Shown piece by piece: positions 15,808 through 25,119 of a stretch of DNA of 25,119 bases (positions are counted from its first letter, which is position 1; each line of letters starts with the position of its first letter). The stretch is taken from IMG/VR virus record IMGVR_UViG_3300005805_000453, positions 1 through 25,119 of that record. One strand, given 5' to 3'. Origin of the DNA: a virus. Taxonomy: Duplodnaviria; Caudoviricetes. A model generated the notes under the pieces. That model saw only the letters and a list, made by a program, of their open reading frames with translations, did not search any database and had not been told where the DNA came from. The position numbers were made by a program, and so were the translations under genes.

Positions 15808-16576
15808 CTGGCTAAGTGTAACCTCGTTTATATCAAACTTTAAACAACCATTTGACGCTGACACTATAGCTGCTAAAACAAGTAAAAGTAAAAAATCTAA
15901 ATGGTACGGCATGACTCCAGAAGCTATTAAAGAAGCTTGGAAGTCAGAAGCAAATAGAGCAACAACTCTTGGTACCTGGTATCATAACTGCAGAGAAAGA
16001 GATATATGTGAACTGTCAACCATGGAAAGACATGGTTTTGTAGTTCCTGTTGTAAAGCCAATAGAAAAAGACGGTATTAAATTATCTCCAAATCAAAAGC
16101 TTGCAAATGGTGTATACCCTGAACACATGGTATACTTAAAATCAGCAGGGCTATGTGGTCAGTCAGACTTGGTAGAAGTAGTAGACGGAGCTGTACACAT
16201 TACAGACTATAAGACAAACAAAGAAATTAAAGTAGAAGGATTTACAAACTGGGAAGGCGTTACTCAAAAAATGCTGGCTCCTGTTTCTCATCTTGATGAT
16301 TGTAACTTTAATCATTACGCTTTACAGTTATCTCTTTATATGTTTATTATTCTTAAGCATAACCCCAGGCTTAAGTTTGGTAGTCTTACTATTCATCACA
16401 TTCTTTTTGAAGAAGTAGATAAAGATAAGTTTGGTAATCCAATTACTGCACTAGATACAAATGGTGATCCAATAGTAAAAGATATTGTACAATATGATCT
16501 TCCTTTTTTTAAGCAGGAAGTAATTAGTCTTTTACACTGGTTAGAAGATAACCGTAATAAATTAAAAGCTAAATAA
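15746..16576 (+). CDS. PD-(D/E)XK (RecB/Cas4-like) nuclease
   Basis: LSVTS, LGTWYH, E...GQSDL...ITDYKT, HYALQLSLY motifs. Confidence 0.85.
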   Translation: MIITFTPQHHKYSSIEPDGIDWLSVTSFISNFKQPFDADTIAAKTSKSKKSKWYGMTPEAIKEAWKSEANRATTLGTWYHNCRERDICELSTMERHGFVVPVVKPIEKDGIKLSPNQKLANGVYPEHMVYLKSAGLCGQSDLVEVVDGAVHITDYKTNKEIKVEGFTNWEGVTQKMLAPVSHLDDCNFNHYALQLSLYMFIILKHNPRLKFGSLTIHHILFEEVDKDKFGNPITALDTNGDPIVKDIVQYDLPFFKQEVISLLHWLEDNRNKLKAK

Positions 16577-16818
16577 TGATTGTACAGACTATACATGAAA
16601 TACTTAATCCTTTTGATGTAGAAGTCAGAGAGCTTGGTTATGGTGTTGCCCTGTTTATGATTGCCGGCTCTATTCATTCTAATCCACAGTTTATTGTTAG
16701 GTTTTATCATAGTGGTGAATTAAGAACAGTAGACCAAAATGATATACGTGTATATGGAAATCCAACAGCAGGAGAAACAATAAAACCTAAACCTTTTGAA
16801 GATGATAAGACTATTTGA
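16576..16818 (+). CDS. Hypothetical protein
   Basis: 80-aa ORF, TAATG overlap with the upstream gene. Confidence 0.7.
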   Translation: MIVQTIHEILNPFDVEVRELGYGVALFMIAGSIHSNPQFIVRFYHSGELRTVDQNDIRVYGNPTAGETIKPKPFEDDKTI

Positions 16819-17314
16819 TATACAAAACGGAAAGGTAACAGCATCAGAACACTGCTATACCTTAAAGTTTTTAAAAGATATAATGGATGCATATCCAACC
16901 GAACATTTACAGATATATGCATATCTGTTTTATATGACTTGTCCTAACCCTGACCTTAATCCCTTTTTTGATGTACCGGAAACCGAGAAAGAAGAAATTA
17001 TTCTTAGAGAGATTGACGCTGATTTCTCCCTTGATGATGATCTTATTACCAACGGTATTAAGATGTGTGAAAAGCTCTACCAGACACCAACGTATAGAGC
17101 ATACATGGGTATTAAAGCAATGCTTGATAGGCTTGCGAAGTATATGGAAACCACAGAGATTGAACACGGCAGAGATGGCAACATTACGGCTCTTGTTAAT
17201 GCAGCCGCAAAATTTGAGTCCATCAGGCAGAGTTTTAAAGGTACGCTACGAGATCTGGAAGAAGAGCAGCAAAGCCAAGTAAGGGGAGGACAGAACTTAG
17301 CTTATGATCAATAA
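16796..17314 (+). CDS. Conserved crAss-like protein, candidate terminase small subunit
   Basis: Helical 172-aa protein upstream of TerL, ending VRGGQNLAYDQ; assignment is positional. Confidence 0.5.
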   Translation: MKMIRLFDIQNGKVTASEHCYTLKFLKDIMDAYPTEHLQIYAYLFYMTCPNPDLNPFFDVPETEKEEIILREIDADFSLDDDLITNGIKMCEKLYQTPTYRAYMGIKAMLDRLAKYMETTEIEHGRDGNITALVNAAAKFESIRQSFKGTLRDLEEEQQSQVRGGQNLAYDQ

Positions 17315-17461
17315 TGTAAGGTGACGAAACTGGCAGACGTGCCCTCTTGTCTCGAGGGTGTGGACGCTCTGATAAAGACAGGATAATGGGTTGACCACAA
17401 TACTAGTAGCTGTCCTGATCCTAAAGACCACATGGTTGTTCGACTCAACCCCTTACAGCCA
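17315..17461 (+). tRNA. Atypical tRNA, anticodon GTC (Asp), with 75-nt variable region
   Basis: Acceptor TGTAAGG/CCTTACA + G + CCA; D-arm ACG-AAACTGGCAGA-CGT; anticodon arm CCCTC-TTGTCTC-GAGGG; variable stem TGTGG...CCACA; T-arm GGTTG-TTCGACT-CAACC. Confidence 0.8.
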
Positions 17462-17478
17462 ACCCTTAAACCAAAACT

Positions 17479-17755
17479 TATGAGAGAACAAGTTGATTAT
17501 TTAAATGAAGAAGTTACTTCAGAAAAGTATATAGAAACACCTAACGCATTTATGCATGACTGGGTGTTTCATTATAGTCCTTTTGAAGATAGGTGGGCAG
17601 CTATTCCAAGAGATAACTATGTAGATTACTGGAATGACCGAGCTCATAAAAATATTATGAGAAGTAAACATCTTAATACACTAGTGGATCTTTTATACAA
17701 GTGTAAAGGAAACGTTGACTGCATAGAAGATTTAACTAGTGGTGAAGTCCGTTAA
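17479..17755 (+). CDS. Hypothetical protein
   Basis: Likely start at MREQVDY near 17479, just after the tRNA (the 17432 start overlaps the T-arm); WVFHYSPFEDRWAAIPR motif. Confidence 0.65.
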
Positions 17756-19949
17756 TCCATATATAGAAGTTCCTACTTATGATAAAGGTCAATGGGACCT
17801 TACTACTTTTTATACAAGAGAAGAGTTTAGAGACTTCGTATTGTCTTGTTTTAAAGAGCCAGGTAAATATCAGTTTGATGAAACCAGTCAGATTTTTAAT
17901 GCTGAAGCAAGAAAGTATCAGAAAAATGGATATTACTGCCCAGCTCCTGTAAAGACTAAAGATTTTATAAACTACTGGGATGATCAGAAATTGAAGTGTA
18001 GATCCGGCATTATTGTCAAAAACAACGGTAATGTATGGTATATCAGTCGGGACTACTATATGTGGCTAAACTTTCTTCCTATTTATGACAAAGAAGAAAA
18101 ACGTTTTGACTTTGCTAAGGTAAGGGATGCTCAGTATCATATGGCTTTATATGAGCTGCTTGCTGAATTACACTACAGGCACTCAGCTATTTTAAAGAAG
18201 CGTCAGATAGCCTCTTCATATTTTCATGCTGCAAAGCTCATCAATATGTATTGGTTTGAGAATGGTGCTGTACTAAAGATAGGTGCTAGTCTTAAAGACT
18301 ATATTTCAGAAAAAGGTACCTGGCGTATGCTTACTGAGTATAGAACTTTTTTGAATGAACACACTGCTTGGTATAGACCAAGTGATCCAGATAAAGTATT
18401 TTCTTGGCAACAACGTATTAAGGTAAGGATTGGAGGAAGAGATACACATAAGGGTAATAAATCTATTATTACTGGAACCTCTTTTGAAAAAGATCCAACA
18501 AATGGTGTGGGTGGTCCGTGTACTTACTTCTTTCATGAGGAGGCCGGCATTGCTCCAAAGATGGATCTTACCTATGAGTATATGAGACCAGCTATGCAGA
18601 GTGGTATGATTACCACTGGTATGTTTATTGCTGCCGGCTCAGTGGGTGATCTTGATGCATGTGAACCATTAAAACTAATGGTACTTCAACCAGAAGCAAA
18701 TGATATCTATGCAGTAGATTCTAATCTTATAGACAAGGAAGGTACACTTGGAAAGACAGGACTGTTTATTCCAGAGCAGTGGTCAATGCCACCGTTTATA
18801 GACGAGTATGGTAACTCAAAAGTTGAAGAAGCTCTAGAAGCAATCATAGAAGAAAGAATAAAATGGAAACGTGATCTTACTCCTGAGCAGTATCAGTTAC
18901 GTATTTCTCAGAAACCAACAAACATAGAAGAAGCTTTTGCAACAAGAAAAGAATCTAAGTTTCCACCACATCTTGTATCTAAACAGATACAGCGTATACA
19001 GGATAAAGAATATTCAGTAGAATATTTAGATCTATCAAGAAATGCAGAAGGAAAGATTATAGACAAACCATCAAGGAAAATTCCTATTATGGAGTTTCCT
19101 ATCTCAAAAAAAACAGAAGACAAAGAAGGTGTTATATGTGTATATGAGAGACCTGTTAAAGATCCGCAGTTTGGAATGTACTATGCTTCTGTAGACCCAG
19201 TTGGTGAGGGTAAAACTACTACCTCAGAATCTCTTTGTGCTATCTACGTGTACAAAAACCCAGTGGAAGTAATAAAAGATGAGGGCAACGGAAAGGTTTC
19301 TAATATTATTGAGCGGGATAAGATAGTAGCTAGTTGGTGTGGAAGGTTTGATGATCTTAACAAAACTCATGAAAGACTTGAGTTGCTTATAGAGTGGTAT
19401 AACGCCTGGACTATAGTGGAGAATAACGTAGCTCTGTTCATCCAGTACATGATATCAAAAAAGAAACAGCGTTACCTGGTACCTAAAGACATGATTCTTT
19501 TCTTAAAAGATCTTGGTGCTAACCGTAATGTATTCCAGGAATATGGCTGGAAGAACGTAGGAACCATTTTTAAAGGAAACCTCCTATCCTATGGGGTTGA
19601 ATATTTAAAAGAAGAGCTAGATTATGAGACAAAGCCGGACGGGGAGATAGTAAAAACCTTTTATGGGGTAGAAAGAATACCGGACATAATGCTTTTAAAA
19701 GAGATGCAAGCTTACCAGGATGGTGTAAACGTTGACCGGTTGGTAGCTTTTTGTGCTCTTATAGCTTTTGCAAAGGTTCAACAAGCCAACAGAGGACTGG
19801 CTAAACGTGTAGAGGTTAGCGAACAAAAGTTGGATAACTCCCAGAAATTTAGTAAATTAAATTGGGGACCTTTTAGACATATTGGGTCTTCTAGAAGAGA
19901 TTCTGGCAAGTCAGGACCTCCTAGATCTCCTTTTAAAAATATAAGATGA
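17739..19949 (+). CDS. terL: Terminase large subunit
   Basis: Walker A variant LKKRQIASS, Walker B YFFHEEAG, RNase H-like nuclease VDPVGEG and terminal DRLVAF; directly upstream of the portal. Confidence 0.92.
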   Translation: MVKSVNPYIEVPTYDKGQWDLTTFYTREEFRDFVLSCFKEPGKYQFDETSQIFNAEARKYQKNGYYCPAPVKTKDFINYWDDQKLKCRSGIIVKNNGNVWYISRDYYMWLNFLPIYDKEEKRFDFAKVRDAQYHMALYELLAELHYRHSAILKKRQIASSYFHAAKLINMYWFENGAVLKIGASLKDYISEKGTWRMLTEYRTFLNEHTAWYRPSDPDKVFSWQQRIKVRIGGRDTHKGNKSIITGTSFEKDPTNGVGGPCTYFFHEEAGIAPKMDLTYEYMRPAMQSGMITTGMFIAAGSVGDLDACEPLKLMVLQPEANDIYAVDSNLIDKEGTLGKTGLFIPEQWSMPPFIDEYGNSKVEEALEAIIEERIKWKRDLTPEQYQLRISQKPTNIEEAFATRKESKFPPHLVSKQIQRIQDKEYSVEYLDLSRNAEGKIIDKPSRKIPIMEFPISKKTEDKEGVICVYERPVKDPQFGMYYASVDPVGEGKTTTSESLCAIYVYKNPVEVIKDEGNGKVSNIIERDKIVASWCGRFDDLNKTHERLELLIEWYNAWTIVENNVALFIQYMISKKKQRYLVPKDMILFLKDLGANRNVFQEYGWKNVGTIFKGNLLSYGVEYLKEELDYETKPDGEIVKTFYGVERIPDIMLLKEMQAYQDGVNVDRLVAFCALIAFAKVQQANRGLAKRVEVSEQKLDNSQKFSKLNWGPFRHIGSSRRDSGKSGPPRSPFKNIR

Positions 19950-20038
19950 TCACTTATAGTGTTTTACCAGAACAAATTATGTTTTACTCAACCAATTCAT
20001 TTGGTTGGGATATTACTTATAAGTATATAACTAATTAA
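19946..20038 (+). CDS. Possible 30-aa coupling peptide between terL and portal
   Basis: ATGA overlap with the terL stop; MITYSVLPEQIMFYSTNSFGWDITYKYITN*; ends 5 nt before the portal ATG. Confidence 0.35.
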   Translation: MITYSVLPEQIMFYSTNSFGWDITYKYITN

Positions 20039-20043
20039 TTATC

Positions 20044-22788
20044 ATGCAAATATATAATGCTCTAGATCTGAAGGCTGGCAAAAAGGCCGACTATAACAAG
20101 ATGGGTACTCTTACCCAGCCTATTCAGTTTCTTCCAGAGAAAGAAAAGGATGAGGAGTGGAGAGCGTGGAACCTGGATTGGCTAGAGTTTCAGGGCATGA
20201 AGCAGCTTAGACGTAATGCAAGACGTCTGATGAAGAATTATAAGCTGGCTAAAGGTATTATTGATAAGACGGATTATATTGTAGAGGAAGACAACGAAAT
20301 GGCGGATTTGATAGACACTCTTACAAAAGAAGATGTATCAGCTTTAGAACTCAAGTTCTATCCAATTATTCCTAATGTAGTCAATGTTTTATGTAATGAG
20401 TTTTCAAAAAGAAGCTCTAGAATTATGTTTAGAGCTGTTGATGACATGTCATATAATGAAATGTTAGAAGCTAAACGTCAAATGATTGAGGATGTTTTAG
20501 TTCAACAAGCTCAGATGAAAATGATGACTCAAATGCTTTCACAAGGAGCTGATTTTCAATCTGAAGAAGCTCAGCAAATGATGAGTCCAGAAAACCTCAA
20601 GTCTCTTCCTGAAATAGAAAGTTTCTTTAAAAAGGATTACCGTTCTATGATTGAAGAGTGGGCATCACATCAGATGTCTGTGGATGAAGAAAGATTTAAA
20701 ATGCAAGAACTTGAAGAAAGAGGTTTTCGTGATATGCTTATTACGGACCGTGAGTTTTGGCATTTTAATATGAGAGAGAATGATTATGAGATAGAACTAT
20801 GGAATCCACTTCTTACTTTTTATCATAAGTCACCAGATGTACGCTATATCTCTCAAGGTAACTGGGTGGGTAAAATGGATATGATGTCTGTATCAGATGT
20901 TATTGACAAGTATGGTTGGATGATGAATCAAGAGCAGCTTGAATCTTTAGAAGCTATTTATCCTGTACGTTCAGCTGGCTATGCTATTCAAGGTTATCAA
21001 AACGACGGAACTTACTATGACCCGACTCGTTCTCATGAGTGGAATACACAAATGCCATCATTAGCCTATCGTCAGTTTACTTCTGTATATGATACTCAAT
21101 TTGGTACTGGTGATATAGTAGAGTGGATTATGGCTGACTCAGAAGATACTGTTGATTTTGGTAAAAGTCATATGCTAAGAGTTTCTACTATTTACTGGAA
21201 AAGTCAACGTAAAGTTGGGCATTTGACTAAAATTACAACAGAAGGTGAAATCATTCAAGATATTATATCTGAAGATTATAAAATCACAGATAAACCGCAG
21301 TATAATACTATTTTATATAAACAAAAGTCTAAGGATAACTTAGTCTTTGGAGAGCATATTGATTGGATCTGGATCAATGAAACCTGGGGTGGTATTAAGA
21401 TCGGACCTAACCGTCCTGCCTTCTGGGGTATGAATAATCCAGGTGGTATAAATCCTATTTATTTAGGTCTTAATGGTGGTAAACCAGGTAAAGTTCCGTT
21501 CCAGTTTAAAGGTGACCAAACTCTCTATGGCTGTAAGCTACCGGTGGAAGGTGCTGTATTTGGTGATAGAAACACTCGCAGTATTTCACTGGTAGATCTT
21601 ATGAAGCCATACCAGATAGGCTATAACATTGTAAATAACCAGATTGCAGACATCCTAGTCGATGAGCTTGGTACGGTTATTATGTTAGACCAGAACGCTT
21701 TACCACGTCACTCTTTGGGAGAAGACTGGGGTAAAAATAATCTGGCTAAAGCCTATGTGGCAATGAAGAACTTCCAGATGTTACCTCTGGATACATCTAT
21801 TACCAATACAGAAAATGCTCTTAATTTTCAACACTACCAAGTTTTGAACTTGGAGCAGACCAACCGTTTGCTATCTAGAATTAATCTTGCTAGTTATTTT
21901 AAGAACCAGGCTTTTGAAGTTATTGGTTTGAACCCACAACGCATGGGTAGTCAAATAGCTCAACAACAAACTGCTACCGGTATAGAGCAAGCTATGAATG
22001 CTAGCTATGCACAAACAGAACAGTATTTTATACAGCACAGTGATAACTTAATGCCAAGAGTTCACCAAATGAGAACTGATCTAGCTCAGTATTACCACTC
22101 TAAAAAACCAAGTGTAAGACTTCAGTATATTACAGGAGCTGATGAAAAAGTCAATTTTGAAATTGATGGAACAAATTTGTTATTAAGAGACTTAAATATA
22201 TTCTGCACTACAAAAACAAATTCTCGTGCAGTAATGGAGCAGCTTAAACAACTTGCTCTTAGCAACAACACAACTGGAGCTTCTATTTATGACTTGGGTA
22301 ATGTGATTAAGTCTGAGTCTATTGCTGAACTAACTGGTGTTCTTAAAGCTGCAGAAGAAAAGACAATGGCTCAAAAACAGCAAGAACAGCAGATGCAACA
22401 ACAAATGCAGCAGGAAATGTTAACTAGTCAAGAACGTCAAAAACAAATGGATCTTCAGTTCCGTGCAGAACAAGCTGAATTAGACCGTCAAAAAGATATT
22501 ACAGTTGCTGAAATACGCTCTGCCGGATATGGTGCTGTGGTTGATATAAATAAGAATGAGCAGTCTGACTATCAAGATGCAATGGAAAAGATTCAGAAGC
22601 AACAGAATTATCAAGACACAATGAATTTTAAAAGAGAACAAGAGGTAAATAAAAATGCTCAAGGAAGAGAAAAGCTTAATATTGAAAGAGAAAAGCTTCA
22701 AGCTCAACGTGAAATAGCAGATAAACAACTTCAGATTGCCCGGGAAAACAAGAATAAGTATGACAATCCGGACAAAAAATCAAAATAA
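20044..22788 (+). CDS. Portal protein (crAss-like)
   Basis: 914 aa following TerL; YPIIPNVVNVLCNE, SLVDLMKPYQIGYNIVNNQI motifs; Gln-rich coiled-coil C-terminus. Confidence 0.88.
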   Translation: MQIYNALDLKAGKKADYNKMGTLTQPIQFLPEKEKDEEWRAWNLDWLEFQGMKQLRRNARRLMKNYKLAKGIIDKTDYIVEEDNEMADLIDTLTKEDVSALELKFYPIIPNVVNVLCNEFSKRSSRIMFRAVDDMSYNEMLEAKRQMIEDVLVQQAQMKMMTQMLSQGADFQSEEAQQMMSPENLKSLPEIESFFKKDYRSMIEEWASHQMSVDEERFKMQELEERGFRDMLITDREFWHFNMRENDYEIELWNPLLTFYHKSPDVRYISQGNWVGKMDMMSVSDVIDKYGWMMNQEQLESLEAIYPVRSAGYAIQGYQNDGTYYDPTRSHEWNTQMPSLAYRQFTSVYDTQFGTGDIVEWIMADSEDTVDFGKSHMLRVSTIYWKSQRKVGHLTKITTEGEIIQDIISEDYKITDKPQYNTILYKQKSKDNLVFGEHIDWIWINETWGGIKIGPNRPAFWGMNNPGGINPIYLGLNGGKPGKVPFQFKGDQTLYGCKLPVEGAVFGDRNTRSISLVDLMKPYQIGYNIVNNQIADILVDELGTVIMLDQNALPRHSLGEDWGKNNLAKAYVAMKNFQMLPLDTSITNTENALNFQHYQVLNLEQTNRLLSRINLASYFKNQAFEVIGLNPQRMGSQIAQQQTATGIEQAMNASYAQTEQYFIQHSDNLMPRVHQMRTDLAQYYHSKKPSVRLQYITGADEKVNFEIDGTNLLLRDLNIFCTTKTNSRAVMEQLKQLALSNNTTGASIYDLGNVIKSESIAELTGVLKAAEEKTMAQKQQEQQMQQQMQQEMLTSQERQKQMDLQFRAEQAELDRQKDITVAEIRSAGYGAVVDINKNEQSDYQDAMEKIQKQQNYQDTMNFKREQEVNKNAQGREKLNIEREKLQAQREIADKQLQIARENKNKYDNPDKKSK

Positions 22789-22841
22789 ACTTTAGGATCA
22801 GCGGAAATTATAGCTCTATTATCCGCACTTCAGGTCCTTTT

Positions 22842-22894
22842 TGTAGAGCAACTTTAAATTTTTAGGGTTTAAAGTTGTATATTTTTATTGTAGA
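22842..22894 (+). promoter_or_regulatory. Candidate phage late promoter, copy 2
   Basis: Same block motif as 13326-13385, upstream of the scaffold-like and capsid genes. Confidence 0.5.
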
Positions 22895-22921
22895 AGTACA
22901 CCATAAAAAACCAAGTAACTT

Positions 22922-24193
22922 ATGGAAAACCAAACCACTGTACAGACTAATGTACAACAAGTAGATGTAGACATTGATAGCTGGCTCGGAGCCCCTGGTG
23001 CAGAAAGCATCGTAACTCCTACAGCAGCCGAAGCTAAAAAACCTGAGGCAAAGCCCAGTATCTTTTCTAATAAGGATGTAGATCTAAGTTTTATAGATCA
23101 ACCTGAAGAAAAAGAGCAGGAGCCTGAAGACAAGGGAGAAGATAACAAAGACACAGAACCCCCTGTTTCTCGTGAAACATCTACAAACGTATTTGATGAA
23201 CTAGACCAAGAGGAACAAGAAGAGGCTAAACCTAAAGGAGGTCGTCCTCGAACAGAAAAGTCCGGACTGGTTGAGTTTCTTAAAAAACGCATTGAGTCAA
23301 AGGAAATGTTTGCCTTTGATGACTATGATGAAAGTAAACAAACTCTTGATGAGTACCTCGGTGGTCTCGGAGAGAAAGACATAGAGGAGCTTTGGCAGGC
23401 TAACGTTGATAATCTTAAGCAAGAAGTAGCAGCCAAGACTCCCAAAGAGTTCTTTGAGTCTTTACCTGAAGAGTTGCAGTATGCAGCTAAGTATGTAATG
23501 GACGGTGGGCAGGATCTTAAAGGTCTTTTCCAAGCTTTGGCTCAGGTTGAACAGGTTCGTTCTTTGAACCCGTCTGACGAAAGTGACCAGGAAGGTATTG
23601 TAAGATCTTATCTCCAAGCTACCGGATTTGGTAGTGAAGAAGAAATTGAAGAAGAGCTTACTACTTGGAAAGATCTTGGAGTACTGGAAAAGAAAGCCAA
23701 ACAGTTCAAACCTAAGCTGGATCAGATGCAGGAAGAAATCGTGCAGAGTCAGCTTGTAGAACAAGAAGCTAGGAAACAACAACAAGAACAAGCTGCTCAG
23801 GCTTATATGCAGAATGTGTTTGAAGCACTTAGACCAGCTGAAATTAATGGTCTGAAGTTAGATAAGAAAACTCAAGCACAACTTTATAGTGGCCTTGTCC
23901 AGCCTCAATATCCATCTATCAGTGGTAGACCAACCAACCTTTTGGGTCACCTTTTAGAAAAATACCAGTTTGTAGAGCCAAACTATCCTTTGATTGCAGA
24001 AGCTCTTTGGTTACTTTCTAACCCTGATGAGTATCGTCAAAACTTGGTAAAGCAAGGAAAGAACCAAGCAGTAGAACAAACAGTACGCCAGCTTAAGACT
24101 GAGCAGAGTCGTAAAAACGTCTCAACCTATCAGGAAGAAGAAGATTCAAGACCTAGAAAAATATCTAGACCTCAAAATATTTTTAAACGCTAA
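22922..24193 (+). CDS. Acidic conserved capsid-module protein (putative scaffold)
   Basis: 423 aa with a highly acidic disordered N-terminus and helical C-terminus, between portal and MCP as in crAss-like phages. Confidence 0.75.
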   Translation: MENQTTVQTNVQQVDVDIDSWLGAPGAESIVTPTAAEAKKPEAKPSIFSNKDVDLSFIDQPEEKEQEPEDKGEDNKDTEPPVSRETSTNVFDELDQEEQEEAKPKGGRPRTEKSGLVEFLKKRIESKEMFAFDDYDESKQTLDEYLGGLGEKDIEELWQANVDNLKQEVAAKTPKEFFESLPEELQYAAKYVMDGGQDLKGLFQALAQVEQVRSLNPSDESDQEGIVRSYLQATGFGSEEEIEEELTTWKDLGVLEKKAKQFKPKLDQMQEEIVQSQLVEQEARKQQQEQAAQAYMQNVFEALRPAEINGLKLDKKTQAQLYSGLVQPQYPSISGRPTNLLGHLLEKYQFVEPNYPLIAEALWLLSNPDEYRQNLVKQGKNQAVEQTVRQLKTEQSRKNVSTYQEEEDSRPRKISRPQNIFKR

Positions 24194-24222
24194 CTATTAT
24201 TAACCCCTAAATCCGATGCCCT

Positions 24223-25119
24223 ATGGCAACTCCTGTTTTGAACAATGGTATATTTCTACGAGATACCAGCTATCAAACTAGCTCACACGTAGACTCTTAC
24301 CACCTTTCAAACCTCTTGAAGAGTGCGGAGCCAACTGACCTTGGTCCCGTAGATCTATGGGCAATGGCTCAAAAGGTAGAAATGCCTTTGTACCAGATGT
24401 CCAGCTTTGGAGGAAAGAACGTTATCTCTGTAGATAACGCACGTGGTGAGTACAAATGGCAGATCCCTGTAGCTCAGGATCTACCCTATATCACAGAAGA
24501 TATAGAATCTGGCAATGCCACTAAAGGTATTGACGGACAGAGCTTTAAAATTAAAGTAAACAAGCGTTCTTTTGGACATGGTGATATTATCACCTATGAC
24601 AAGTACAACGGTGTTGAAATGTACATCACTGCTGATGATATTATCCCAGCTGGTGACGGTTTCATCTACACTGTTCAGCTTGTTAACAACGACAACGCTA
24701 AGTTTTTGGACAACAAGTACCTGAAAGTAGGAACTAAAGTATTCCGCAAGGGTTCTGCCCGTGGTGAATACGGAGAGCGTTTCTCTGACTTGGGTAATGT
24801 TTCTGCAGGTTTCCGTGAATTCTACAACTACGTTGGTGGTGCAGAAGCTCACGTACACTACAGCATCAGTTCTCGTGCTGACCTTATGATGAAAGGTGGT
24901 ATGAAAGCTGACGGTACAGTTCCTGTAATCGAGCTGTGGAGAAACTTTGACAAAACAACTGATCCTTCAATCACCTCTCTTGAGAGCATGGCTTCTAAGA
25001 TGGGTAAAGATTATGTAAAGAAAGCTTACCAGTCTGGTCAGCTTACTCGTACATTCTTGACTACTCTTGAGGCTGCTCATTTGACTAAAGTTGCTAACGA
25101 CATCGAGACTTACCTTATG
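24223..25119 (+). CDS. Major capsid protein (crAss-like), 3'-truncated by window end
   Basis: MATPVLNNGIFLRDTSYQTSSHVDSYHL...PTDLGPVDLWAM...GEYKW...FRKGSARGEYGERFS; 299 codons open to the window edge; absent from the ORF track because it has no stop. Confidence 0.88.
   Translation, partial: MATPVLNNGIFLRDTSYQTSSHVDSYHLSNLLKSAEPTDLGPVDLWAMAQKVEMPLYQMSSFGGKNVISVDNARGEYKWQIPVAQDLPYITEDIESGNATKGIDGQSFKIKVNKRSFGHGDIITYDKYNGVEMYITADDIIPAGDGFIYTVQLVNNDNAKFLDNKYLKVGTKVFRKGSARGEYGERFSDLGNVSAGFREFYNYVGGAEAHVHYSISSRADLMMKGGMKADGTVPVIELWRNFDKTTDPSITSLESMASKMGKDYVKKAYQSGQLTRTFLTTLEAAHLTKVANDIETYLM

Noticed and set aside
15746-16576. CRISPR-Cas (Cas4) system
   Set aside because: No repeat-spacer array or other cas genes, and the Cas4 Fe-S cysteine cluster is not evident; stand-alone PD-(D/E)XK nucleases are common in these phages
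17462-17520. Theta/HDV-like ribozyme downstream of the tRNA
   Set aside because: The sequence after CCA is an A/C-rich leader running straight into the next ORF, with no nested double-pseudoknot pattern
12862-24858. Short minus-strand ORFs within the late genes (e.g. 14832-15137, 23462-23791, 24481-24858)
   Set aside because: Antisense shadows of clear plus-strand genes
17739-25119. Stop-codon reassignment, introns or inteins in terL/portal/MCP, as seen in some crAss-like phages
   Set aside because: Genes are continuous and of expected size under the standard code; TAA, TAG and TGA all appear as gene ends in the window

Overview
A segment of a crAss-like (Crassvirales-type) phage genome, probably from an environmental Bacteroidota host, read with the standard genetic code. 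Left end: an HTH gene, then an attP site (the 3' two-thirds of tRNA-Val(TAC) flanked by inverted arm-type repeats), then a tyrosine integrase, which points to a temperate lifestyle. 1.7-12.6 kb: a minus-strand accessory region of small hypothetical genes (PcfJ-like, DUF4313-like, SAM methyltransferase-like, HTH proteins, a lipoprotein). This region is unusually rich in non-coding RNA: a 640-nt tmRNA with a 26-codon tag and an expanded pseudoknot domain, a ~1-kb highly structured RNA (possibly GOLLD-class), two tandem twister-like ribozymes and several smaller structured elements. After a strand switch at ~12.6-12.8 kb the plus strand carries HxlR, GNAT, an IHF/HU-like gene, a PD-(D/E)XK nuclease, a candidate TerS, an aberrant 147-nt tRNA(GTC) with a 75-nt variable region, and the crAss-like block TerL - portal - acidic scaffold-like protein - major capsid protein (truncated by the window end). 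All family assignments come from motif recognition by eye; no searches were run.
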